Of a stretch of 64,000 nucleotides of DNA, positions 37,481 to 49,804 are shown one piece after another (the stretch's first letter is position 1; each line of letters begins with the position of its first letter). The notes under the pieces were generated by a model. The model did no database searches, was not told the DNA's origin, and saw nothing but the letters and a program-made list of their open reading frames with translations. The stretch comes from Rhizaria sp. SCN 62-66. Lineage: Eukaryota. The stretch spans positions 1 to 64,000 of the forward strand of contig MEDY01000118.1 in the NCBI GenBank assembly GCA_001724265.1, given 5' to 3'. Both the position numbers and the translations under genes were made by a program.

Positions 37481-40400
37481 ATGCAGCCGATCCGCTTGAA
37501 CGACTCCGACACTGAGTCCGTGGACGGCAACTACGGCCACCCGCAGCAACAGCAGCAGCACAACGGCTACGATGACAGCTTCGGCCCCCGCATGCCCGCG
37601 TTCGGCGGCCCTAAGCTCAGCAACTTCAACGCCGACACCCAAAACAACAACACCAACGCGGCCGCGGCCGCGGGCACCGCTCCCGATGGTGGCAAGGCCT
37701 CCGGTGGTCTGCTCTCGCTCCTGGGCCTGGGCTCCGACATGTCCCAAGAGAGCCTGGACAAGAAGTGGAACGACCTGCAGCGGAACCGCAAGACCAAGGA
37801 CCTCATGGTCGCGATGCGCGCGCTCGACGAGGACGAGAGCGTGGGCACCAGCTTCGACCAGTCGACGCAGAACACCGACGTTGCGCCCGGCAACGGCGGC
37901 CCGCCCCCGGGGCTGCGCTTGCCCGGGGCAGGGTTGGGGCTATCGCTGGGCGGGGACAGCACTTCCTCGGCCGACACGGCGTCCCCCACCCACTACAACC
38001 CCCACGGCCACGGCGGCGGCGGCGGCGGGAACAAGAACAACCGCGGCGGTGGCAGCTCCGTGAACAACGACTTCGACGGCAGCTACGACATCACGGCCAA
38101 CGGCACGCTGGAGCTGCGCAGCTACCGCATCGGCAAGAAGGGCATCCGCTTCGGCACGGCCATCCCGACGCTGTCGCAAGCGGACCTGGAGCAGACCGGC
38201 AACCTCGGCTCCGGCGCGTCGGGCAAGGTCACGCGCTGCCTGCACAAGCCTACCGGGCTCACGGTCGCGCTCAAGAGCATCGACATCACCGACAAAGGCA
38301 AGCGTGATCAGCTTGTCAAGGAACTCGAGGAGCTCGAGAAGGAGAATTGCCCCCACCTGGTGGGCTTCTACAACAGGTTCTTCAGTGACGGGCTTATGCA
38401 CCTTGCGCTTGAGTACATGGACCGCGGTTCACTCGAATCCATCGTTGCTGTACGTAGACGAAACGACACTAATCATGCACTGAAACACGGCAATCGCAAT
38501 GTGCTACGTCATCACTATAATGAATGAACCATGTACCCGTATGTATGCGTTAAATTTGACTCTGATACGCTTTCGTCTCTGGCATACTTCCTTGTTTGTC
38601 TTCACTTTCACTCGCAGGGGTGCGGCCCGCTTGCGGAGCGTGTGCTGGCCGAGATCAGCCGCCGCATGCTGCTCGGTCTGGACCACCTGCACACGGGCCG
38701 CAAGATCCACCGCGACATCAAGCCTGGCAACGTGTTGGTCAACTCGCACGGCGAAGTCAAGATCTCCGACTTCGGCATCCTCGCGCGGCTCGAGGAGCAG
38801 CGCGACGACTGCAACACCTTCGTCGGCACCACTATCTACATGTCGCCGGAGCGCATTGACTCGCAGCGGTACTCGTTCGCTGGAGATATCTGGTCGTTTG
38901 GCCTTACGATCATGTTCTGTGCACTCGGTCGCATCCCCATCGACGTCACGGGTGGCTACTGGTACGCTATTGCTCAAACACACAAAACAATGCCAAAATC
39001 GACGTCAATGTAGACCAATTCAAATGAAACCCAATCAAATCATCATACGAGTGCTTCTGTTTATGTTTTACTATTTTTCTGTTTGCTTATATTTGTTGAT
39101 ATTTCCTTTCTGTTGTGATGTTTTAGGGCGATTCTGAACCGCACTGTGGCAAACCCGCCGCCGTCGCTGGGCCCCGAGTTCCCGGCCGACATGCGTGACT
39201 TCATCGACAAGTCGCTGCTTAAGAACCCCGCCGAGCGGTGGTCGGCGGAGCAGCTGCTCGGCCACCCCTGGCTCGCGCGCCACATGCATGAGCTGGGCGC
39301 TGCGCGCACCTGCGCCTTCTGGCCCGCGGAGCTTCAGATGACGCCCCGCCAAGGTACGACATTACACGAGATATAACTGCGCATTTAAATCAATGTAGAA
39401 GTTGGCAATGGTGTCTTCATTTCTGTGAATTTATCGCAAAGCTCTGTTTTATTTCAACTCACTCTCATCTTGGTGTATATCTGCCAACTTTTGCTTCTCT
39501 TAGCTCCCCCGCCGATGGGCTTCTCCGACACGCTGCAGCCCGCGCACCGCGGGTTCGCGATCCCTACCCGGTCCTCGCAGTCGGCCACGGTCACCGGTGC
39601 GTCGATGAAGCTGGGCGCCAACTCGGCCTTCGCGCGCGCCACCAACGACGGGTCACAACCGCAGTTCCAGCAGCAGCAGCAAGACAGCATGAGTCAGACG
39701 CTCGAGTCCCGCATGGGCGGCTTGTCTCTGAACAACCACGGCTACGCGCCCCAGAGCGCGGCCAACAACCCGACCCTGGAGGAGCTGAACAAGACCCAGG
39801 TGGCTCCGCTGCGCTCCCATGCCGCGTTCATGCAGCGCAAGGACGCGCTGGCGGCCGCCACGGGCGGCGGCGGCGGCAACGGCGACGACGACGCTGACTA
39901 CACTAAGACCATCGTCGCGCGCCCCCAGCCCCCGCCCGGCACTGCCGCTGCCCAACAGCAGCAGCTGCAGCAGCAACAGCAGCAGCAGGCGTCTCTGTCG
40001 GCCGCCATCGCAGCCAACGCCGCGGCGGTCCCGCGCACCGGCGCCGCTACGGCGTCCATCATGTCTTCCTTCGGCCTCGCAGACTCCGCGGCGGCCGCGG
40101 CGGCGGCGGGAGGTCAGGCCGCCCCTGTTCACGGTCAGTACGACGCGGCCCCGGGTACCCCGATGACGAGCTACTCCGCGCGGCCATCGATGTCGGCCTC
40201 GGCCTCCTCGGCGGGTCTTCTGCCCGGTAACGGCGGCGGCTCCGGCGCCGCTAGCACTGCGGCCGGCAGCGCCAAGACGCCGCAAACGTCGCACAGCCGC
40301 TCGATTCTCGCGGCCTCGACGCCCAGCGCCGCCAACGGCAGCGGCGCCAGCGCCAGCGCCAGCGCTAGCGCCAGCTCGCACCGCAGCAGCATCGCTGACG

Positions 40401-41017
40401 GAATGGCTTCACGCGTCGGCGGCAGTGTCACGACGACGACCACCACCACGCGCACGCGGGCCAGCGTCAGCGGCACTCCCGGGTCCTCGGCGTCGGCAGC
40501 GGTCGGCGCCAGCAGTGGCGGCAGCCTGCTGGGCACGGGCACGACCACGACCAAGCGCCTGTCCACCGTCAGCGCCATTAACACCGGCAGCGGCAGCGGC
40601 TCCAGCAGCAGCGGCGCGCCGACCCCTGGCAGCGGCGCCGTCACCCCCGGCGGCGCCACGCTCTTCGGCGCCCGCCAGGCGCGCCTCTCCGCCGCGACCC
40701 CGCACGCCGGCTCCGCGGCCCACGGTCACTCGACCGCCCACGGTCACCACGAGCCTGCGCTGCTGGGCGAGAGCGGCGGCAGCGGGGCGCTCACGGCCGG
40801 CGCCGGCGGCCGCAGCGCCAGCACCAGCATGAGCAGCGGCAAGGCCGTGGTCGGCAACAACAAGCTGCTCAACAACATGTGTTTCGATGACAACGGCGCC
40901 GGGAGCGACAACGGGGCCAGCAGCAAGGCGGCCATGGCGGCATTTGCGCAGGCCGCGTCCATGCAGGGCGGTGCGCCGACCTACAACAGCATGGCGTCGC
41001 CCGCCAAGAAGTGGTAA
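37481..41017 (+). CDS. MAP kinase kinase (STE7/MEK family) with a long low-complexity C-terminal tail; exons 37481-38449, 38618-38961, 39127-39353, 39504-41017 (1017 aa)
   Basis: LGSGASGKV, VALK, LALEYMDRGSL, IHRDIKPGNVLVN, VKISDFG, NTFVGTTIYMSPERI (MAP2K hallmark), DIWSFG, LLGHPW. Confidence 0.92.
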
Positions 41018-41973
41018 GCGCCGACTGCGGCAACATCGCTGTTAGTTGGCCTGTGAGGTCAATGTCAGGGCGTTGGAAACGTTGTCATGTTGTGCTTTGT
41101 TCGTCTTTTCCTGAATGGTGTTGCGATATCAGTGTGGTATTGCATCTCATAGATGTAGTGGTGATCTTAGTAGTAGAATGAGTATTTTGTGTAATCCTCT
41201 TATTCGTATCGTATGTTTCGAAGATATTGTTAATAATGAAACGAGAGATGAGTCGTTGTCAAATGTGTGTTGCTGCTTCTCAAGTGTTGTATTCAATTAT
41301 ATGAATAGCACGACGGCTATCTGTGCTGAGTACTGCGTACGGTGCACTAGCCTCGATTGAAGAGCACGCATTTAATGTCACCTGTATCCGAGTTGTATCA
41401 GTGTAGCTCAGCAGCACCCACATGCTGCGAGTGCTGTTCCTCGTAAGTGGTGCTGCCAACGACTCTGTGTTAAAAACATAAGGATGGCGTTGCGAATAGT
41501 ATAATAAACCAGTGATAATATAAGTTACACTTCTACATTCGATTACATCTCAGCATCACTCTGGACTATCTTGGCAACTGCTGTGCTAACGATCGCGGAC
41601 CTTGTGGGAGCGAGCAAGATTTCGAAAAACTTTACTGACACAATTTCATCGTCAAAGAGACTGTGCGCGCAGAATTGTATTGTACATACCATTTTAATTG
41701 CTTTACACGTAATATATGTTTTGGGGCTGCGATCTGAGTGAATATCCTCTCATATCTCTCACGCCTACAACAACTGGACCCACTGTTGCCCCGACTCAGC
41801 CTAACCCGACCACTAGCACGACCAACCATTCGCGAAGTGAAACAAAAGAGGCGTTGTTGCGTTGAGCGCGTAAGACTCTCTTTGTTGCCGCTTTGGCGCG
41901 TGACAAGAACCATTTCTATCAGGACTAACAAAGATTGATAGCGAACAGCTTTGTTTCAAGCAACGGCCCGCCA

Positions 41974-43902
41974 ATGCCAGTCCCTCGTCGCTTCCTCCTG
42001 GCGACCTTGCTCGCGCTCTTAGGCCTTGTTAGCGCTGCACCCGCGCCACCCTCCGCACACAGCAACACCTGGGCCGTGCTCGTGGGTACGTCAAAGTACT
42101 GGTTCAATTACCGCCACAACGCGAATGCGCTGTCGTTTTACCGCACCGTCAAGTCACTCGGCATTCCCGATGACCGCATCATCCTAATGCTGCCCGAGGA
42201 CACAGCGTGCACGCCGCGCAACCCGTTTCCCGGTCATATGTTCAACTCGCCCTCGCACGAGCTGAATCTGTACGACGAAGACAGCGTGGAGGTCGACTAC
42301 CGCGGTAGCGAAGTGACTGTGGAGTCGTTTCTGCGACTGCTTACCAACCGGCACGCGGCCAACACGCCCAGCTCGAAGAAGCTGCTCACCGACGACACGT
42401 CCAACGTGCTTATCTACCTCAGCGGGCACGGTGGCGACGGGTTTCTTAAGTTTCAGGACGCTGATATCATGTCCTCGCAAGATCTGGCCGATGCCATCGG
42501 CGACATGCACACTCAGAAACGGTACGAAACACGACATATATCAGTCAAATCGTCATTTGTATACCACAAACTGTATTATAATGTGGATGTCTTGTTGCTA
42601 ACCTGTCGCATTGATAAATATGCTATTGGGGGCTTCTCCTCCTCGATATCTCTCTTTTTAGGTACAACGAGCTCTTCTTCATCGTCGACACCTGCCAAGC
42701 CGCCACTCTCCCGGCTTTGATTAACTCCCCCAATGTCCTCACGCTGTCCTCATCCGCGCTCGGTGAGAACTCGTTCTCGCACACGACGGACCCGCTCGTT
42801 GGCAACGCGCTGATCGACAAGTTCACGTACTACGCCCTCGAGTTCTTTGAGAAGACGCAAAAGTCCAAAGCCTCGCTCGGTGACTTTGTACGTTTACGTT
42901 TCACTTGATCAAATGAAAAGCCTGGTTGATTTTTTAAACTTTCATAGTCTGTACTGTGAATTTCAGTTTTTGATTGAATAACTCACAATGTATCCTGTCT
43001 GAACTCTGTGTGTGTTTGATGTTTCTTAGATGCGTGCCTTCAGTCGCCAAAAGCTCCAGGCCACGCCTGTGGCCCGCACTGAGCTCTTTTCTCGGCCGCT
43101 AAACTCGGTCCCCGTGACTGATTTTTTCGGCGCTGACACGGTTGTGCATCCCCTGGTTCCGCACAGTCTCTGCGGCACAGCAGTGCAGGCCAGCGCGAAT
43201 GTGAACACTCAGCTTGATGTTCAGGATGCTGCAGCGTTAAGTGATCATGATACTGGCGCTGCGAAGGGCGCCAATAAGCCTGACTTGAACAAGATCATCA
43301 GTGTCGCTGACTTGCTGCAGGCTGCTGCGAGCATCAATCGTCAATCCTCCTCGGCAGCTGTGGCAAACGCCACAACCAACACGAACCCTCACACTGATAA
43401 GAACACGATTGATGCCGACGACGCTAAATCAGGCGCGAGCACTCGCTCAGCAAGCACGAGCACAGCTGCTGCGACTATTCTTGATCCGAATTCTAGTGAA
43501 AGTGACCGTGGTCAGGCATGGTCGACCCTTACAGAGCGCGAGAAGTACCTTGTGTACAAAGCCGCTCTAAGGGTGGTGCAACCGATGCCCGGCGACGATG
43601 GCGACAGCAACGATAGCAACAACAACGGCAGCAACGACATGACAGCAGAGGAGGCCGAGGCCGCGGCGGTTGAGTCGCTTCTCTTGCCCACTGTTGGTGG
43701 CGGCTCTGCGTTTGCGGGCCTCGCTGTCACGGTCGCGGTGGCGATGTTAGCGATGGCGGCGATCTATTTTGACGCGGCCGCTGACAGGCAGGGTGGACGC
43801 CTTGTATCCAGGGACAATTACTGGCGCAAGGACCGCTATATCAACAGCGATATCAATGCTAGCAGCGAGAAGATCAGTGTGAATGAGGTCAAAAACAAGT
43901 GA
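41974..43902 (+). CDS. PIGK: GPI-anchor transamidase catalytic subunit (peptidase C13); exons 41974-42521, 42662-42887, 43030-43902 (548 aa)
   Basis: Signal peptide; NTWAVLVGTSKYWFNYRH; catalytic His in YLSGHGGDGFLKFQD and catalytic Cys in IVDTCQA; C-terminal TM helix. Confidence 0.95.
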
Positions 43903-44449
43903 AGAATACTTGAGTTGCGACGTCACAGAGAAGCTGTAAGCTCTTAGGATGGGCTGTGTATATTATCAGTGTATTTAGATCATAGTCAAACGACACGATA
44001 TGAAGCGCTCGTGATGGCCAGTTGCAATGCAGGCAGCGACGTTCTGCATGTACTTGCAGCACTCACAAAGATCATACAAACGAGCTTTGAACGAAGATTT
44101 TGAGTTTATTATTGACGACTATGTGTTTTGAAATGACTATATCTCTCGAATTTTATTAACAATGAGAACAAACAGAGAGCTTTGATCAGCTTGCGTGACC
44201 CGGTTAGACACACAAGTAGTTAGCTGCCTCCGTTGCCTCACTTTGCGCAACGGTTGTTTGCGGGAGCAAGATACGCGACTTAACACGTACCATACCACTC
44301 TCCCAACAAATCTTCAGGTCATATCTCAATCTCACAACAATTTGCGCTACTTGACAGCCGCTGGTGGCTTGAAAGAGTATGACACTATAGCACTGTGTCC
44401 ATGATACTGTTTCTGACTTGTAGCTGCGAAACATAGGCTGATCCTGCGC

Positions 44450-44719
44450 TTACGCCTGGCCAGGCGCCTTGCCGGTGCGGGGGTCGGTGCCGATGGGACG
44501 GCGGAAGAGCAGGATGTGGGGCTCGGGGCGGTGGATCTCATAGTGAACCCAACCGCGCGACTGCATGACACCGAGCCCGCGCCACTCGGTCTCGGACAGA
44601 AGACGCGGCGGGTCGGGGAGACGCTTAGCGATCTCGCGAGGGAGCAGAACGTGGCGGTACTCGTAGACGTCGTCCGAGTAACGCTCAGAGTACTCAATCT
44701 CGGTCATCTGTTGAGACAT
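44450..44719 (-). CDS. CKS1: Cyclin-dependent kinase regulatory subunit (Cks1/Suc1), 89 aa
   Basis: [54 protein letters not shown]. Confidence 0.97.
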   Translation of the reverse strand: MSQQMTEIEYSERYSDDVYEYRHVLLPREIAKRLPDPPRLLSETEWRGLGVMQSRGWVHYEIHRPEPHILLFRRPIGTDPRTGKAPGQA

Positions 44720-45480
44720 CTGACGAAAGAGCTAGGCGTGAGAAAGCAAAGGCCAAAGATGACAACGTTTGCGTGCAGGTCACAACAAGAAGGGTTTCAA
44801 AGGGGAGATAAAGGGTTTGTAAGGCGATAGTCGGGGAGATAATAATATGGCTCTGATTTAATTTCATATCCGAATCGTACATCCGGTTGAAGCTGTCTAA
44901 GTGCCACTAGCGTGGTGAGAAGGGCGAGCTACAATAGCTAACCGTTGGGTGGCGTTGCCACATGCTAAACCCGTTCAGCCCACACCCTCTCAACATCACA
45001 CAAAAGAATGAAAAACAAATAGTGATAAAATACATTATCGTAACCACTAAAATAGCAATTATTTTTCTTTCTGACGCCGCACAATATCCCTGCGCATCCT
45101 GCAAGATTCTCCCACCCGTTGGTACATTTTGCTGGCGCGCCTCGCTCTTCGTCTCGAGATTTGGGCGCCGAGCGAACAGATCAACGACTCAGTCTAAGGT
45201 TGTAAGGGCGTTCGGCATCGGTCTAAGGGGTTAGGCGAGAGAAGCGAGACGAGAGCTTCAGAGCGACAGGAGAATGACTGTCCTGGCTTGTAGCGACCGT
45301 TATAGCGAATTAAAACCCGCCGAGGATATATTATGCTGCTGTTCACGCTTTTTTAAAATAGTCGCACATGTGCCAAGCGCGTAATTGTCGTATATAGTTT
45401 GTCGCAAATCGCCTGCTCATCCCCCCGTCACCGTCCATGTCTCATTATCTTTGTTCGCCCCTCGCTGTCGCCGCAGACCT

Positions 45481-46743
45481 ATGTCGGCTTCCCTGCTCTC
45501 TACCGTCAAGAACGCCATCCAGTCCAAGACTGGCATCTACGCCTCTGGTGCCGAGGCCCCCAAGAAGTGGGACTCCCGCTACTCCCACGCTGTCCCCCAC
45601 AGTACGTCAAACCCCTCTCTTCAGCGTTTCTTTTGTCGCAATCGTCGGTCTTTCGTAGCACTACGCGTCTGGTTAGCGGTGTTACCAATGACAGACCGCC
45701 AAAGTAATTTGTTATAGCGTATCGATTATCTCCGGAACCCTTCTCACAACCTGTTTTCTTACTTTGGCTCCTGTTGCTGTGCGGCCTTTCGTCCCTCTTG
45801 TCCACTGTCCTTGCCAACGCTTTGCTGACTTCCCGCTTTAGCTGGTGAGTACTACGCCAAGTGCATGCTCGGTGGCGCCCTCTCGTGCGGTCTTACCCAC
45901 CTTGCCATCACCCCCCTCGATGTCTCCAAGTGCAACATGCAGGTGAACCCCGCCAAGTACACCGGCCTCGCCAACGCCATCTCCACCATCAAGGCTGAGG
46001 AGGGCACCCGCGGCCTCTGGAAGGGCTGGGCCCCCACCGCCATCGGCTACTCCCTCCAGGGTCTCTTTAAGTTCGGCCTGTACGAGTACTTCAAGGATTT
46101 CTACTCCACCATGGCCGGTGAGGAGAACGCCTACAAGTACCGCGGCCTCATCTACCTCGCCGGTTCCGCCTCCGCCGAGGTCTTCGCCGACGTCGCCCTC
46201 TGCCCCATGGAGATGGTTAAGGTCAAGGTCCAGACCGCGCCCAAGGGCACCTGGCCCATCGCCTTCGGCGCTGCCCTCTCGCAGATGTCCGCTCAGCGCG
46301 CCGAGACCCGCTTCCCCTTCGGTTCCGTCGTGCCCCTCTGGTCGCGCCAGATCCCCTACACCATGGCCAAGTTCTTCTTCTTCGAGAAGGTCGTCGAGAT
46401 GTTCTACAAGCACATCTTCACCGCCCCCAAGGATTCGTACAACAAGGTCACCCAGCTCGGCGTCACCTTCGCGTCCGGCTACCTCGCCGGTGTCATCTGC
46501 GCCATCGTGTCGCACCCCGCCGACTCGCTCGTCTCGCTCCTCGGCAAGGCCGACAACAAGGGCAAGTCCGTTGGCCAGATCGCCTCCGAGACCGGCGTCA
46601 AGAACCTCCTCACTCGCGGCCTGTCTACCCGTATCCTCATGATCGGTACCCTCACCGGCCTCCAGTGGTGGATCTACGACTCGTTCAAGACCGTCATGGG
46701 CCTCGGCACCTCTGGCGGCGCCGCCCCCGCCAAGAAGCACTAA
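45481..46743 (+). CDS. SLC25A3: Mitochondrial phosphate carrier (PiC/Mir1/Pic2 type); exons 45481-45601, 45842-46743 (340 aa)
   Basis: Three carrier motifs (PLDVSK, PMEMVK, PADSLV); GYSLQGLFKFGLYEYFK, RQIPYTMAKF, MIGTLTGLQWWIYD. Confidence 0.96.
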
Positions 46744-47197
46744 ATGCATCAACAGCAGCGACAACAGCAACAGCAGCATAAGTTTTAAAAGTACAACACC
46801 AACAACTACACTTTGTTGTGGCTTTGAGATAATGCCGCTTTGTGAAACTCTGATGATATTAGTAACTTTTTTTGTAACTAGTCACAACTTTTTTGTGTCA
46901 CTAGTGTGATTGATATATGATGGGCAAAGACGGCATGGGATAAGAATCATAAAATAATAATATTTATTATTGTGACGTTGCTTTAGTCTATTTAACCTGC
47001 AGCGCTATGATGTAAGAATAATACACTTGAGCCCACAATTGGCTTCGAAGAAAACACACGCAAACGAAAACAGTGCCTCGTGAATAAAAGCCGATTATAT
47101 TGTATTGAAATAAGATGTAACACTATGTAGAAACTGTGGTGTGTGAACTAGATAATCCGTTTGATATTAGGCAGCAAGTTTGCTGAACAGAACTGCA

Positions 47198-47800
47198 TTA
47201 GTCGCTCATGCCCTGGCCGCCATAGCCAGCGGCAGCGGACTCCGTTGAGCTTGCGGCGCCGGCCGCGTCGACATCCGCGCCCGAGTGAGAAAGCGTCTTG
47301 CTGGCCCAGTCCCCGGCCTCGGCCCAGACGGACTTGCCCTTGGCGCCGCGCGCGTTGGCGAGGTTGCAGGTGAGCACACGTCCGAAGAGCTCCGAGTCGT
47401 GGACGTTGTCGATCGCGGCCTGCGCATCCTCAGCCAGGTCGAACTGCACGAAGGCGTGGCCGCGGTGCGCGCTGCCGGGGCCCGCGTGCGGGTCCTGCAG
47501 CGGCAGCTGGATCGAGACCAGCTCGCCGAAGGGCACAAAGAGGCTTTGCAGCGTCTCTTCAGTCACGCGATCGTCGAGCGAGCCGACGTACTATAGAAAG
47601 CAAAATAACGCAAAGTTCATTATGACAGATACTGGTAAGTGTCTGTACAGTGTCTAATCAAATAATAAGGTAGAAAGCATATTAATATATACTAAAGTTC
47701 AAAGTTGTAATGACTTTACATTATTAAGTGGGAGATGACGTACGACAATAGTCTTGCTCTTGACGGCGGCATCGTCCTGGAACTGAGAGCCGGTGTCCAT
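47198..47800 (-). CDS. RRM-only protein resembling the RRM of cyclophilin-33 (PPIE); exons 47800-47744, 47590-47198 (149 aa)
   Basis: VYVGSL (RNP2), FVPFGELVSIQLP, HRGHAFVQF (RNP1), EDAQAAIDNVHDSELFGRVLTCNLA. No cyclophilin domain follows. Confidence 0.85.
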
Positions 47801-48610
47801 TAAAACCGTCGATCTGAAATGAATAAAGCCAAGAAAGAGCGGGAAACAGGTGTGTGTGAGGAAATGAAGTTGTGAAAGCGTGAAAATAGATTTGACACAC
47901 GTAAGCCTCGATAAAATCGTTGAAGCGAGTGCTGCGAAATAAGGTGCTAACGGTCGTCATCAAGCCAAGCACAGAAGTCGCCAAACGTGTCCTCACAATA
48001 TGTAATATAAAGAGCAAATATAGGCTAAAGTGGGTAATCCCATATTGAACATGCATCGCTATCTGGCGTTCGCACGATCACGAACTGGCTACACCCTTTT
48101 CCCCAACTCACTCGGTGACCGAAGCTCAGCTGGCTGTGGCGGACCGACCGAGCCCACGGTCAGTGTGGCCCCACCGTCAAGTCCGAGTCCGTGCTTGTTC
48201 AGCCCCTCTCGCCGGCTTGTGATTGAGATTAAGATGCTGTTGTAGTATTTGTGTATCTGTTATGGGCGGAATTATTATGTGGCATATTCGTGGCGCTTGA
48301 TCACGACGTGTTCCTTGAGCTTGATGACCGAAAGTGATTGCGCTTCTGGGCCTCACCGCCGGTCGCTCAATCAACGCATCGCACGTCCTTCCTCCGTCTT
48401 CATCGCTATTTATAGTAAAACAGCACATACATCTACATAGCAACGTCATGGCAGTCTCTATTCGGCGTTGTTTCTACCCACCAATCGAAGCTTCGACCCA
48501 TATCCCACCTAATTTACTCCGTCCTCCACTCGTCTTGGCTCACATCTCTCATTCACCCTCTCTTTTGCCCCGTACCATGCCGCGCTTTGCTTCGCTTTTA
48601 GTGCAGACCG

Positions 48611-49804
48611 ATGTTCACGTCTGCCCAGAACCTCAAGCGCACCACGCAGTTTCTGCGCGTCGCTGGCGCTGCGACGGGCCTCGTCCTGGCCTCCGTCGTC
48701 GGTGTCGCCTCGCGCGGTGACATCCCGCGCCCGCAGCAAATGGCCGGCAACTCCTCGCAGGACGTGCAGCACTTCTCGGGCGGCAACGTTGACATCATGG
48801 ATGACGGCCGCACTACGCTTGACGACCGCGTGCCGCGCGTCGCGATGAAGAACCCCGGCCGCTTCGACGACGCCTACACCGAGGCCAAGGGCCTCCTGGG
48901 TCTCGACCCCATCGAGGGCCTTCGTCTCAACGTCGACATGCCGCTGCCCACTCAGAACTGGGCCGCGCGCACGGACCTTGGCATCTCCGTCGGCAACAGC
49001 GAGATGCCTAAGCCCGCGCACGCGACGTGCATGATCCAGCTCTCGGACCCCGACGAAGGGTTCGTGGTCATGGGCCAGACCGACTCGACCAAGCGCACCG
49101 TCGCGCGCGTCGCCGGCCCGCTCACCAACGCCACCACCATGAACGCGCAGGTCTCCTGGGACGCCGAGGGCGGCACCGAGGTCGCGCTTGCCGATGTGGT
49201 CTCGTACGAGCAGAACGCGACGTATGGCGGCCGCTACATGTACCACGTGCAGGCCGGTAACGTCATCTCGGCCCACTACATGCAGGGCGTGTCGCCGACG
49301 GCCGGTATGGGCATCCAGACGACGTTCTACGCCGACTCGGGCCGCTCGCAGACGGAGCTCAAGTACGGCTGGGAGCGCGAGGCAGTCAAGATCGACTACT
49401 ACGCGCAGGTCAGCGACGAGCTGGCCGACGAGATCGAGGAGGCGCGCAAGCGCAAGATCCCCATGGCCGAGGGCGACAAAGAGGAGTTCTGTTTCACGGC
49501 CTCGAACGCGGGCTCGCTGTCGGCGTCGTACCACCGCCGCGTGAACCGCCAGCTTGCGTACGCGGCCGACTACGAGCTCAAGCTGTCTTCGATGCGCGGC
49601 ATGGCCAACGCCGGGCTTCAGTTCAAAACAGCCCACACGACGCACAGCGTGGTGCTGTCGTCTGAGGGCGTCGTGCACGCGAGCACAACGGCGACGCCCA
49701 CGCCTTTTGTCACCGTGGAGCTCTCGACGATGCTCGACCACAGCGTCGACAAGACTAAGCTCGGACTCGGCATCAAGTTCGGACCCAACCGGCCCAACTT
49801 CTAA
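48611..49804 (+). CDS. TOM40: Tom40-like mitochondrial outer-membrane beta-barrel (397 aa)
   Basis: NPGRFDDAYTEAK...IEGLRLNV matches the Tom40 NPG-helix-EG.R motif; alternating beta-strand pattern; SLSASYHRRVN; C-terminal beta-signal-like KLGLGIKF. Confidence 0.8.
   Translation: MFTSAQNLKRTTQFLRVAGAATGLVLASVVGVASRGDIPRPQQMAGNSSQDVQHFSGGNVDIMDDGRTTLDDRVPRVAMKNPGRFDDAYTEAKGLLGLDPIEGLRLNVDMPLPTQNWAARTDLGISVGNSEMPKPAHATCMIQLSDPDEGFVVMGQTDSTKRTVARVAGPLTNATTMNAQVSWDAEGGTEVALADVVSYEQNATYGGRYMYHVQAGNVISAHYMQGVSPTAGMGIQTTFYADSGRSQTELKYGWEREAVKIDYYAQVSDELADEIEEARKRKIPMAEGDKEEFCFTASNAGSLSASYHRRVNRQLAYAADYELKLSSMRGMANAGLQFKTAHTTHSVVLSSEGVVHASTTATPTPFVTVELSTMLDHSVDKTKLGLGIKFGPNRPNF

Noticed and set aside
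41401..41470. tRNA gene suggested by GTGTAGCTCAG
   Set aside because: No T-arm GTTCRA motif, acceptor stem or cloverleaf.
48599..48601. In-frame TAG just upstream of the Tom40-like ATG as evidence of readthrough
   Set aside because: It follows a pyrimidine-rich tract and is better explained as a splice acceptor or ordinary 5' UTR sequence.
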